A stretch of DNA of 63,578 bases, filler included, from Lenisia limosa (taxonomy: Eukaryota > Protista > Breviatea): the NCBI GenBank assembly GCA_001655205.1. It is 12 parts of 12 records of this genome, joined end to end, with 100 filler letters (N's around TTAATTAATTAA, not from the genome) between each part and the next. Parts side by side here need not be neighbours in the genome. Positions count along the whole stretch, not along the records: positions 31,629 to 40,733 come from LPNZ01008591.1; positions 40,834 to 43,935 come from LPNZ01000622.1; positions 44,036 to 45,171 come from LPNZ01002894.1; positions 45,272 to 50,934 come from LPNZ01007706.1; positions 51,035 to 61,093 come from LPNZ01000783.1; 7 more parts are not named here. One strand, given 5' to 3'. Of this stretch, positions 37,941 to 51,157 are shown one piece after another. Position 1 is the first letter of the stretch. The number at the start of each line of letters is the position of its first letter. The notes beneath the pieces were generated by a model. That model had not been told where the DNA came from, searched no databases, and worked only from the letters and a program-made list of their open reading frames with translations. A program made the position numbers and the translations under genes.

Positions 37941-39620
37941 TCATAGGAACCAAATTCTTCCAGCGGCCAATGCTGCTCCTTCAAGTATATGGAGATGTCT
38001 TTCTAACTGTTTCGGCCCAAGTTGATAAAGTGTTGTTTATCAGAAGTGGAAATACATAATTTGCTTCTTCGATCCCCAAACTTCTCGATAATTTTCTTTT
38101 GAGCCCCCCCTCCCATGGACGGCTTTGCACAACAAGGGTTAGTCTTTTTGGAACTGAAGTGACGTCCTCTTTAGACCACAGCAAAAGCAACTCTTCAAAC
38201 CGAAGCAAATCTTGTAACAATCCCTCTCTTCCCTACGTTTTCTTTGTTAGGGGGATCCACACTCGCCGCCCGTACACGGCGAATGGACTTGGGATTCCAG
38301 TGTGGTATTTGGAAATTCTATAAATTTCTTCAAATTTACGTAAAACTACATGGGATATCCATGTAAATATTGGGATTCACAGCTTTCCCCTCAGAATATT
38401 CAATGCTCTGATGGGTGGGGTACATGAAAAGATAGAGAATAACAACGGATATAAAATCTTGTTGTATATTTATTTCAGGAGATTGAAAATGCAAAATTCA
38501 AGAACACAATTTATTGGACCCAGATTTCCAACAAGAGGTGGATGAGGTCGTCATTTTGCTGTGCGCCAACTTGGAGCTAATTCGTCATGTGTAGTAGCAA
38601 CGAAAAGCAACGAGTTCATAAATGATGAATTATCATATAGTATAGTATCATATAATTACATGTACTATACAGTATATCTATAATATATGTCGATATTATA
38701 GTAATTAGGGCTTCCCTACGGTCCGAAAAAGACCTTGAGAATGATCGATATTTATCGAGGATTTATCGATAAATTCAATCTTGTTTGGGACTGTTAGGAA
38801 GCCCTAATAGTAATATAACAGCGATAAGTCCGGACACGAGTGACAATAGGTAAAGCTACCAGGACTTATGTCAGTGTATTTTGTTTTTCATATGATATAA
38901 CACGCTTATACGGCTCATCCCATCTACACTCCTTCCTCTAATATCTTTTCAACCCTCTTCCTCTGGCCATGAAGTCAACCTCACCCCGCCTGCACCGCCA
39001 TATTCAAGGTTGATGATGGAAGTGAGTCCGTTCCTCTGCGACGAGGCTGACGCTGGCACCGGCGGGGGTCCAGTCGTGGATGCCGCCAAAGACGAGTTCC
39101 ACTTCCCCTCTAGCGCCTCCAAAGACGAGTTCCACTTCCCCTCTAGCGCCGGCAAAGCGATTTACGTCCAGAAAGGCGACAGGCTTCGAATGATCCGGCA
39201 TTGGCGTTAATTTTGTGCTCTAGAAAAATGACACAAAACTTTCCTCATTCCTAAACATCAAGCCTTAGTGAGATATGTTTGCATGTAGAGCGTCTTCTTG
39301 GGTTCTCTTGAGAGGCTTTTTTATTTATCATTTCTGCTTTGTCTTTGATTTCTTTTTTATGACACTCTGTGCACAAATTACTTCTCATTACTTTTCATAT
39401 TTTTGCTAATTAGTATTCATTAATATTCTGATATACTATATTGATCATCAGGTACATAGTTATTATAGTGTGGGAATTATTTTACATACGTATGATTACA
39501 TATCATACATTTCTCCATATTAAGTACACTATATGCACTCTAAAAGTTATAACCACTTTTTAGACTTGGTGAAGCGCATTACAAGTGAATCAAAGTCCAT
39601 CTTAGAGGCAACTGTAGGCA
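37941..39620 (-). CDS. Hypothetical multi-exon protein
   Basis: Phase-compatible exons LQVGAQQNDDLIHLLLEIW / SIEYSEG... / NFQIPHWNP... / LERHLHILEGAALAAGRIWFL*; 5' end unclear. Confidence 0.5.
38706..38806. mobile_element. MITE subfamily B (intronic)
   Basis: TA-GGGCTTCCCTACGGTCCG ... GGACTGTTAGGAAGCCC-TA. Confidence 0.88.
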
Positions 39621-39630
39621 TTGTTACTAC

Positions 39631-39728
39631 TAGAGTTTCCCTTCGGTTCGAAAAAAAATGAATTTCTCGATAAATCCTCGAAAAGTATCGATATTTCCCT
39701 GGTCTTTTTCGAACCGAAGTGAGGGCTT
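39631..39728. mobile_element. MITE family A, reverse orientation
   Basis: cttcggttcgaaaa ... tttcgaaccgaagtg with family core. Confidence 0.8.
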
Positions 39729-39946
39729 TGTCACTATAGAGGGGAGGCATGCAGAAAGCTGGGTGTACAGCGTTGTTAGGTAAATGATTGGGTGATTAAA
39801 TACTGATGATGATGGGGGTGCTGATGGTAGGGCACTGGAGGAGTGTTTTCAGGGTGTTTATTGCTGTTTCTACATAAACAACACAATAACCTAGCCTTTT
39901 TTTTTTTAAGATGGATAATTATCAGAATTTGCCTAATCTATTAGGT

Positions 39947-40710
39947 CACTGTCTATGCAGACTCTGGAAACCCTTCTGTTAAGGTCACCTGCCCTCTTGC
40001 CTTCGATTCATCAGCAAATCGCCTCACATTATGGTTGAGTGAGAACTTGGAAATGGTGAGTCTCTGCTCAGCTCACATCCTGTCCAATCCCCCCACCCTC
40101 ATCCTTCCAATTCATTGTACAAAGCTTAACTGTTTTCACTTATTAGGATTTCAGCATGAACAAACCAGGAAAAGAAGATTCGAATGAACTTCTATTTGAT
40201 CTATCAAAACTATCCCTCGAAGAGACGAAAGAAACCCGTCTTCCAGAAGAGTCCAAGCCCTTACTCCCCCATCGCCAGCTTTTTTCCTCGTATTTCACGT
40301 CCACGTTCCTGACCTCCTCCCATCAATGGACTGCCAACTCTCCGTGTGTCTCGGTTGCAGCCAAAGAGTGCCGCAACAACTATGCTTGTTACAGGTGTCT
40401 AGCGAGGGGTGGGCTGGGAGAGTTGTTGGAGAACGAAATTCCTGTACAGCCAAGTGGATATGGGTCAACATTTCGACTTGAAAGTACGTCATATGATCAT
40501 ATATGTGGGTTAATGCTCTTGTTTGTTATTGCTTGTTTTGTTTTGTTTTTTGTTTGGAGTTTCAGATTATTATGTTCGTGATTAGTACCTTTAAGCCAAT
40601 ATTATTCATCGAAATTTCCTTCGTTTTACTCCCTCCCCCCCTCCTAACTATCTCCAGTTGACACAGCGGCTGATATATCGGTTATCGACCCAAGATGCGC
40701 TGTCGGGGGG
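39947..40710 (+). CDS. Hypothetical multi-exon protein, partial
   Basis: Exons VTVYADSGNP..., DFSMNKPGKE...NNYACY, SQVDMGQHFDLK with GT-AG ends. Confidence 0.45.
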
Positions 40711-40833
40711 ATGGGGTATTACATATTATTCTGNNNNNNNNNNNNNNNNNNNNNNNNNNNNNNNNNNNNNNNNNNNNTTAATTAATTAANNNNNNNNNNN
40801 NNNNNNNNNNNNNNNNNNNNNNNNNNNNNNNNN

Positions 40834-41412
40834 CCAGAGACACGATGCAGCCGTTTTTGGGGTATCCGGGGAGACTCTTTATTGCCTGGACTTTGCAACT
40901 TGCCTAATCAGGAAGTCGGGGAGAAATGAGCCTTGTGTCTCCCAAAAAAAATTAGGAAATTATTATTATTAGATGTTTTTTTCATCTGATTATTCAGAGA
41001 AATTACACCAGATGGTAGGCGTAAGTAATCTTAATGACCCTTCAGGATAATTCCGCAGGGTATTTTTCAATATGAAACAACCTCAGGTATTTTTTTAAAA
41101 AAAAACCATTTTCCCGTCTCTGAGGGGTGTTCCAACTTTGGAGGATTTTGGGTTTCGCTTTTTTCTTCTTGCCTGCGGCTGCTTCAATTGGGACTTAGAC
41201 TTCAAAACTGAAGTGATGCAAGGTGAGCTAAGTTCAATGGATTTTGTATTCCATTATGCCCGCGATAATTCTCTGTGAAAATCGTAAGTTGTCTGTTGTG
41301 GTTAGATTGTATTTCAAACATGTAGAATTGGACCTTCCCGTCAATGTTGCGGTGTTTAAAGTTGAGAAGAAGGCAAGAAGTGTTGAAAGGTTGAAGAAGG
41401 AGCAAGGGTATT
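40834..41412 (+). CDS. 3' part of a hypothetical gene
   Basis: Short exons joinable to ...DFKTEVMQELDLPVNVAVFKVEKKARSVERLKKEQGY*. Confidence 0.35.
41026..41165. repeat. Dispersed repeat family D, copy 1 (second copy 43488-43628)
   Basis: gcgtaagtaat..atgacccttc.ggataattccg.agggta ... cattttcccg.ctc ... ttttgggtttcgcttttt shared. Confidence 0.75.
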
Positions 41413-41644
41413 AATACCAGTTATGGAGGAAGAATTGTGCAGGTCATGCCCCTGTTGATCAGTGAAGTATGGTATTGTCTATGGTGTCTATTTGTATATT
41501 ACTGTTTCTGGAATGTATTATATGGGGTGAGGGTGAAATTCAATCACTAACCAAACCAAAAGAGTGAACAAATAAAGTAGAATGTATCAACGAAAACCTA
41601 TTCAAAACAAACACGAACAGCATCAGAGCAGTAGAATCTTAATC

Positions 41645-42210
41645 AAATTAGAGAGCCAGAAGGTGCGATGAGAGAAGAAACCTCAATTTCAATTGAGAAA
41701 TATAAATATATTTCGCCATCTAACCTCCAACTCTATTTCACATTACCAATATATACTCGTTAATCGGCATAAAAACTTCATAGCATACCTTGGCGAACGA
41801 GTGCCTTGACTTTGTCAGCCTCAAGGAGGAAAATGGCAAACCCTGCGTCCCAAGCATCTTCATTTACTAAGTAAATATCAAGGGAGTGAGATTCCTCCCA
41901 CCCAGCATTTCTTTCAGTAAAGAACTCTCTCACACAAGTACTAGGATTAAGGTGGTAGTTCAAAGAAACAGGTTTTAACATTTATACTTTAACCAACTAT
42001 TTAAGAGACAAGAGTGCACAAGAGAAGCGACTTTTTTTTCTTAGTAGGCTCTATTGAAAAAGATGATCAGCCTGCCTACCCGGGGCGGGCTCCTCAATTA
42101 AAGATACAGTATTGAAGATTTCAACATAAAACTCCAAATAACTCACTTATAGAATCTATAGCCCCGGTACCAAACTTTCTTTTGATTACACCGCATTCCT
42201 CTTCCGAGGT
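41645..42210 (-). CDS. Hypothetical gene fragment
   Basis: Exon TCVREFFTERN...FLLEADKVKALVRQ with strong donor, final exon DGEIYLYFSIEIEV...*. Confidence 0.4.
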
Positions 42211-42325
42211 TTCTCATTTCAGTTTTTTTTTTTTTTTTTNNNNNNNNNNNNNNNNNNNNNNNNNNNNNNNNNNNNNNNNNNNNNNNNNNNNNNNNTGTGA
42301 TATTTACGGATAATTATGGTCCCTG

Positions 42326-42930
42326 GTGAGAGAGGAATATGAATCCGGTTGTTTTGAAAAGGAGCAGCTTTTGGGCCTCCTCAAGGGTGTGAGAAAGCTG
42401 ACACATCCAAAAAATGGCCACAAAGCTTCGATTGTGATCGAGTCTGAGGAAGGAGGAATCTTTGCTCGCCTCAACTGCACTGGAGGTCGACAAACAGTGC
42501 TGCAGAGCTTGTCGTGGGACTCGTGTTCCACTGAAAAGTCTTTTGCACAGTTAGTTTTCATCATGTACATGTACATATTTTTATGTTTATTTTTCTTTCT
42601 AGTTTGGCTCCGACAAAGCGCATTGTCAACACTGGGAGAGTCCTAAGACTCGTACTGATGCTCTTCTCAAGGAAGTTCTATGATGTCGCTACGGCTGGAA
42701 CTCCACTGACGCTTTGACCTTTGTCTGTAACAACGGCAAGATCATGGGCTTTGAGATCCTTCACCGCGACACCCTGTCATTCTCAACGTCTCTACTAAGG
42801 TACTGGATTCCATCGGTACCGCTCGTGGGATTAAGAAACTCCTCGCTATTTCATTGAGGGCCTCTGCTTTGTTCATGGGACAAGGTCTATTGGCAGTTAC
42901 CCGTGTTCTTTTTTACATGTAGACTTGAAT
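42326..42930 (+). pseudogene. Coding-like segment with in-frame TGA and apparent frameshifts (or a hypothetical gene read in another frame)
   Basis: Codon usage like highly expressed genes, but the best-looking frame reads EVL*CRYGW and then shifts frame. Confidence 0.3.
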
Positions 42931-43487
42931 GTCGATCTCAATCGAAATATTAGTGTGTTTTCTTGGTTTTGACATGTCCAATTTATGGATTGTCCAAACA
43001 AATACATGCTTTTTATAATTGCCACTGAACTCACCATATGTGACTGATTTGTTAATGAAGTGTATAAAATCAAATATCTATAACTGTTTTTACAGAGAAT
43101 GGTTTTAGTTTTACATTAAATGAGTGAAATTGCGAATAATTATTCAACAAAAATCTTTGTGCAGTTATTATCACACACTGTATATTATGATTATTATTCA
43201 TTTTAGTCATTCCATATCTTGGTCTACCTATTGAATCTAGTGTTGCTCTTTATCCCTTTAGGAAACAACGTTTTATTGTCAAACTTCAATATGTCTGCAA
43301 TTATGAATACACATGTTTTCTTTATTAGTCATTTGATAATTATTTGTAATTATGATTTCGCTCAGTTAGTTAACAGCTACCTTTCAGTTCACTAGATATA
43401 TTTATTTTTTTTCCCTTCAGAGTTGGCGATTCATTAAGGTGGTTCAGTCCTTTCTTTTATTTTGTAAAAAAAAAAAAAAAAAAAAAT

Positions 43488-43628
43488 TGCGTAAGTAATT
43501 AAGATGACCCTTCGGGATAATTCCGTAGGGTAGTTTTCTATTTCAAACAGCTTCGGGTAGGAAAAAAATAGAATGCCCATTTTCCCGACTCAGAGGGAGG
43601 GGGGGTTTTGGGTTTCGCTTTTTTTGGG
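43488..43628. repeat. Dispersed repeat family D, copy 2
   Basis: Collinear similarity to 41026-41165. Confidence 0.75.
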
Positions 43629-43746
43629 CTATTTTATATGAAATACTACTCTGAGGAATTGCTGGACGTTAGAATCAAACTTGTGGGCTGTCACAATTGG
43701 AGGGTAAAAAATGGGAAGGATTGAAAGATTCGTCTGAATACACTTC

Positions 43747-43935
43747 ATGACAGCGGCTTCTACTGTTTCTTTCATCCGAATTGTCTCAGGAACATTAGAC
43801 CCTGAACCGGCAGCGAAAAAACCGCCAACACATGACACAGAATTGTCGACTGATGTCAGTACGATTGCTGAGATGCTCTTTGACAGTCTTACCGGCATTC
43901 TTACTGTCCATGACGAAGCTGTATTGACACTGGCT
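43747..43935 (+). CDS. 5' part of hypothetical gene cut by contig end
   Basis: Open frame MTAASTVSF...EAVLTLA running into the linker. Confidence 0.35.
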
Positions 43936-44253
43936 NNNNNNNNNNNNNNNNNNNNNNNNNNNNNNNNNNNNNNNNNNNNTTAATTAATTAANNNNNNNNN
44001 NNNNNNNNNNNNNNNNNNNNNNNNNNNNNNNNNNNTATATAATTATAGTATACTATATTATATGATATACATTTATAAATATATTGGGCGGTGGGGGTAT
44101 TTTGGGTCTATAGTTTTTATGAATAGAAGGGGGAAGGTGTAGCTTGGTTCAATAGTTTAACCAAACGCATCAAGTATCACTTTAGACAATCCAGGGATTT
44201 TTCCTGTTTTGCAGTGATTGATCTTTTTTGTTTCTTGAGCTTTCTCACAATCC

Positions 44254-45160
44254 AGCATCATGCCTCTTCCTTCTCCGTCTTGGCGAGTAGCTGGGAAACT
44301 ATTGCAAAGGTGAACTAATGTCTCTGCTGTTTTCAAAACAAAACAAAAATGAACAAGAGAAATAATATACATTAGAAATCTAGGGAACAAATTAATACGT
44401 AGGGACACCCAAAACAAATTATTAGCAATGAGAAATAAAAAAAAACAATGTTGTATCTGCCCGAAGCCGCTTTTAAGATATATTGGATTATAGTATAATA
44501 TTATTACTAATTCACCCAATCATTTGCCTTACAACTCTGTGCACACAGCTTTCTGCTTGCCTCCCTAGCATACTATTAATCATTACGTCACTCCGAAAAC
44601 CAACATAATAAATTGGACTCTACAATTAATTGAAAGAATAATTGCAAAATTTGAAGTCGGCCACATTGTATGAGAAACCCATTCCAGACACTTTAATTGC
44701 TAGTTTTGTCATCGATCTTCATTTTACCCCCCCTCCCCTCCTCCCAGAGTGGAAGAAATTTTCGAAGGATGTGAAACAGCTTGCTGTGAAATTGACGCCG
44801 ATGTGTTGGCCGGACGAGATCCGACAGGCATGCCGCTAGCCCACTATTTCAACACTCTGCCCTCGTTGAGAACTGTATGTTTATATAGTCCATGTCTAAT
44901 CATATAGTATTCATCTATATATTTTATGTCTATATATTCTATGTCTATGTATTCTATGTCTATATATTCTATATTCTGTACACAGTGACCAACTACACCT
45001 GTCAAGGGTATATATCTCGAAAATTCAGTCTTTTTTTTTAACCTAAATGAAGCCTTGCATATTAACCCCCCCCCCCAAGAGAATGGCACATCTGCTTGTT
45101 GGCTACAGACTCACCACAAGCCCCTCTGAGGTTATTCGTAATCACAACAAATCAATGGTG
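44254..45160 (+). CDS. Internal exons of a hypothetical gene
   Basis: Strong acceptor/donor around exon VEEIFEGCETACCEIDADVLAGRDPTG...LRT (44749-44875). Confidence 0.4.
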
Positions 45161-45271
45161 GGGGGGGGGGGNNNNNNNNNNNNNNNNNNNNNNNNNNNNN
45201 NNNNNNNNNNNNNNNTTAATTAATTAANNNNNNNNNNNNNNNNNNNNNNNNNNNNNNNNNNNNNNNNNNNN

Positions 45272-47085
<1,814 letters not shown>

Positions 47086-47451
47086 TTTGATTTGGATTGT
47101 ATAAACTCAAACTACATTACAGGGCGACGAATCCTTTTCTCTTTCTTTATACACTTGTTTTTTTTAATAGATTTAATATAAATGCTCCCTTCTCTGCTTC
47201 TCTCTCAAATGAAAAAAAAGTTCGCTTTAAATAATATAATTTTCTGGGGATGGGGGTCGGCAAGACTACTCCAATGGTCCGCATATCTGAGTCTCTATCA
47301 AAAACCCCACATCGATCAACAATGGTAATCACTAGGAGTACCCTTAGCTTGGACTCCTTGGTCCTTAGTTCACAGGTTTAGGTGAATCTTACAATCTTCT
47401 ACTATCGGGAAAAAAACAAAGAAAAAAAACCAACAAAATATACATAATAAT

Positions 47452-49345
47452 TTACATTGCAAAACCAAAGACCGATGTGATACAATACAACGTCTTATTC
47501 TCCCATCGCACGGTGCAGTTTCCTAAGGTTAATGAAGAGATGAGAACAATATAATATTAGGATACTTTGACAATTAGCAGAAAAAAAACGACAGAGAGTG
47601 GATGAAGGAGGAATACATGAGTCAACTTTCAAGAAAAAAAAACAACTATTGTAAAGGATAATATTTTCGGACGATTTCGACAATTCACACCAAAAATATC
47701 AAAAGGGTTGAGTGGCCAGCACAATTCGAAGCCAAAGATTGATTAGCCTTCCACCAAACCCTTCATTTTGATATCATACGAGAGTTTTGAGTTGGATTCA
47801 TCTTTTTGTTGCCAAAACATCCGAAAATAATATCTGGCTGATAATCATCAACGGTTATTCTTCTTCAAGAAAATACATATATCTGTAGGGCCACGCTTTG
47901 GTACGAAAAAAGTCAAGTGAAATTTCAATAGTTTTCGAGGGATTATCAATCTTTATACGGACGGAAGTAAAGCCTCATACATTCTATATTACATAAATAA
48001 TTTGATATTTTGTAGAATTAAGAATGTGTTGTAATTCCATATTACTTAGTGGGGGGGTCTTCTTCATGAAATTACAGTAGAAACATTTGAATAAAGTCCT
48101 CCAATAGTAAATATTTGTGCCTCAATACACACAGCTTATGGCAGTTGGGATTTTAGGGCAAGATAGTTTCAAAGTGGTGTGGCTTGGCGGCGAGAAGGAC
48201 TAATACTAAAAAGCAAATGACACTTCTAGAAGCTTTGTACCGTCTGATTGAATAACTTTCAATCTCTTATTCTCAATCACTACATATAAGACAGCTTTAA
48301 GTAGATAATGTGATTAATCCACTCAATTTTTTTCTGTTTTAAGCCCCCAAAGTTCAAAAAGCTAAGTGAAAAAAAGAAAAAGTACTTTCATCTTCCATGT
48401 AAGCATTAAAATTTTTCTTGATTTTGCTTGGGAAAAGGTACAAAATAGAGGCTGCATCTGAGCCACACCACTTGAAATGTTGAGCACTTTGCTAGGCTAG
48501 GGTCGGGGGGAGCAATGGTAGAAGCGTCAGACAACAGTTGAGTTTTTTATTATTTAACAAAACATATTTGACTAAAAAATGAACAAGTGTTTCATGTAAA
48601 TGTAAAAGAAAAAGTGTACAGTTCAGGGAATCATAAGAAATATTGTTAAGACGAATCATTTCTCAGAATCCACCACCACTACTCAAAGTTCTACTCAGAG
48701 GTTATGCTTTTTATTATATGTGTTACTGAGATAGAGATACTACGCCTGGAAAAGCAGGAGAGAATAAAACTGGATTTCGGACAGTACAAGTCTTCCCCAA
48801 AATGAAGATTCGACTGGCTGAAGAGATGGCACATTCCAAAACATCATTTAAGAGTGATTTATTGCATAAAATAATACACTAATGCCAACTTACCATCTGA
48901 TGCATTGTCCCAGTGACAAGAGTTAGCAACATGAAGACCAGCCCCTGTTTTTTGCATGATCACGCAAGTCACTGGTAGGGAGTAAGTGGAACAATTTAGG
49001 GTTGATGGCTTACCAATATACTTGAATGGCTTATTTAAGGCCGTCAATCGCTTTAAAACCTGCAGGAATAAGAGCTCTGGGCCCAACAGCAAGAGTGTAG
49101 AGTCCCAAACTGTATACAGTTCTCATAATTACTACTTGCCCGTAATTCTAACCTGTTCTGTCACGCTAGATGTCCACTGTTTCACTTTATTGTGCCTTTG
49201 ATAAACAGCATTCTGTAGTGTAGCTTCAATACTCTCCTTGATGATGTTGTTTACATCTTCAACAACGAAAGCAATCTATTTAAAGTCAAATATCACATTC
49301 CAGTGAGACAAAACCAACCTCTTCCGAGTTCTGAAGGTCGTCCAT
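47452..49345 (-). CDS. DYNLT1: Dynein light chain Tctex-type 1
   Basis: [17 protein letters not shown]...[27 protein letters not shown]...[23 protein letters not shown]; last intron about 1.36 kb. Confidence 0.95.
47886..47978. mobile_element. MITE family A, old degenerate copy in DYNLT1 last intron
   Basis: tagggc..ctttggtacgaaaaaag ... tagttttcgagg ... gaagtaaagcc. Confidence 0.65.
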
Positions 49346-51157
49346 CGTAATTCCTTTATCGATTCAACTATAAGTATTGAATATATTGATATATTTACAC
49401 TGTTTTCTGCCTTTGAGCAGTTTTCACGGGAAACAGAAAACTAGTTATTTCCCGGAACGCAACCGGGGGATCCTCCGCTACTCCGTTTGGGTTGAGATGA
49501 GAATGTCCAGTTAATCGAGATGTTGATCATTGGTTGTTAATACAGACAAAACGCTTGGCATCAGCTTGATATAGTAAGTGTATGTGAATATATACTACAC
49601 CGTCCAGAAATATATGCTATGATATGTGTGAAAAGTGTTTAAATTCTTGTTTTCATGATTTTTCCATGTATCTGACACTATTTGTATTGTTGCTCTAAGT
49701 GTCATGTACTTCTTTTTTTTTCTGAAAAAGGCAACAACTCTGTCAAAATATTGAAAAAATAATATAATCCTTCAAAATTGTCAAATAGAAATCACTTTTA
49801 CGTACTGCCACTCATTTTATTTCAGCTAGAAAATTTGAACGATAAGTGAAACACACCAATGTAAAAAGGAGGGAAGTACGATCACTTGGACTCTTAGATG
49901 CAGAACTGAAACTATCATCTGTTTCTTTTTTAAAAGCTATTTTTGGCTCAAAGTGACGAAAAAATGGCCAACTTTCACATATCGATAATATTTCTGGACG
50001 GTATAGTTATTAGGGAAAGAAAGGCATTATACGGCGATTTAGAGTGACATGTGACAACGTGACACGTTGTAACATTTTTTGATGTTATTTGGGGTATGAA
50101 GAAGGAAATGATTAGAGGAAACAGACTTTGCACCAAATAGTGTGATCATTTATGATTGCTTGGTAAGACTATATTGAACCAAATTATGATACAGATACAT
50201 ATCTTTTAAGAGGGTTACCAATTGTGACAGTATCTACAAGCCCAGAAAATAATTTTAGATAGAATACATTCTAAGTTTATTACACAAGGAATAGTTGACA
50301 GGGCTGTCGTTACCCTAAAGAGTAAGGTGCTAAACCAGAAATTGGCTCGGATAAACCAAAAGGATAAACTTGCTTGATTTATACTAAGTCAAATTCAAGT
50401 AATTATGACGTAAGAGAGCAAATGTTGAGTATCACAAAAACAAGGTTAAAGCGGGAGTCCAAATTATTGTAACCTAGTTTATACGATTTATTGAGTTAAA
50501 TCGTTTTCCGTGAGATTATTAGCTGAATTCCTTTATAGGGCACAGTAATGTCTCTTTTTTACACCACTTTGTGAAATCATCATCTAAATTAATAGAATTT
50601 AGCACTTTCTATGGGTGAATCTCTGAAACGGTCAAAAATGGACAAATAATCACATATCAAAGATGGTTTTGGTACTTTACTACAGCGGTACATACACATT
50701 GGTATTTATTCACATGATTCTAAAAATTTGAGGCAAGTTCAACAGCATACTTCGGCAAGAAAAGTCAAATATCAGAGGAATCACAACGACATTATGAACT
50801 GCAATGAAGTATGCCACAGCACACCACATCTCCTCAAAACCATATCTCAACAGATAAACGTCTGCTTCTCCCACACTGCCGTATTTACTCTTTTTTTTTT
50901 TTCAATCTAAAACACTGCTGGTTGTAAGAGGAAANNNNNNNNNNNNNNNNNNNNNNNNNNNNNNNNNNNNNNNNNNNNTTAATTAATTAANNNNNNNNNN
51001 NNNNNNNNNNNNNNNNNNNNNNNNNNNNNNNNNNCAAATCTCAACGCCCAGAAGGGGGTGGTGTTTAACAAACGAAAATACTGAAAATAACTTCACCCTT
51101 CCCTTCAATAGATCATCAACTAGTTTTTCAAAGAAAAAAGTTATTGTACCCTTTAGG

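Noticed and set aside
37925-38040. Sulfotransferase-like VRKTSPYT*RSSIGRWKN with read-through TGA
   Set aside because: A 49-nt GT-AG intron gives a clean stop-free ending in another frame; no other sulfotransferase motifs upstream
42770-42870. Kinase pseudogene (HRD...GTAR)
   Set aside because: Motif order and spacing do not fit kinase subdomains; needs several frameshifts
44915-44975. IEYID peptide repeat ORF
   Set aside because: Simple AT-rich 15-bp intronic microsatellite
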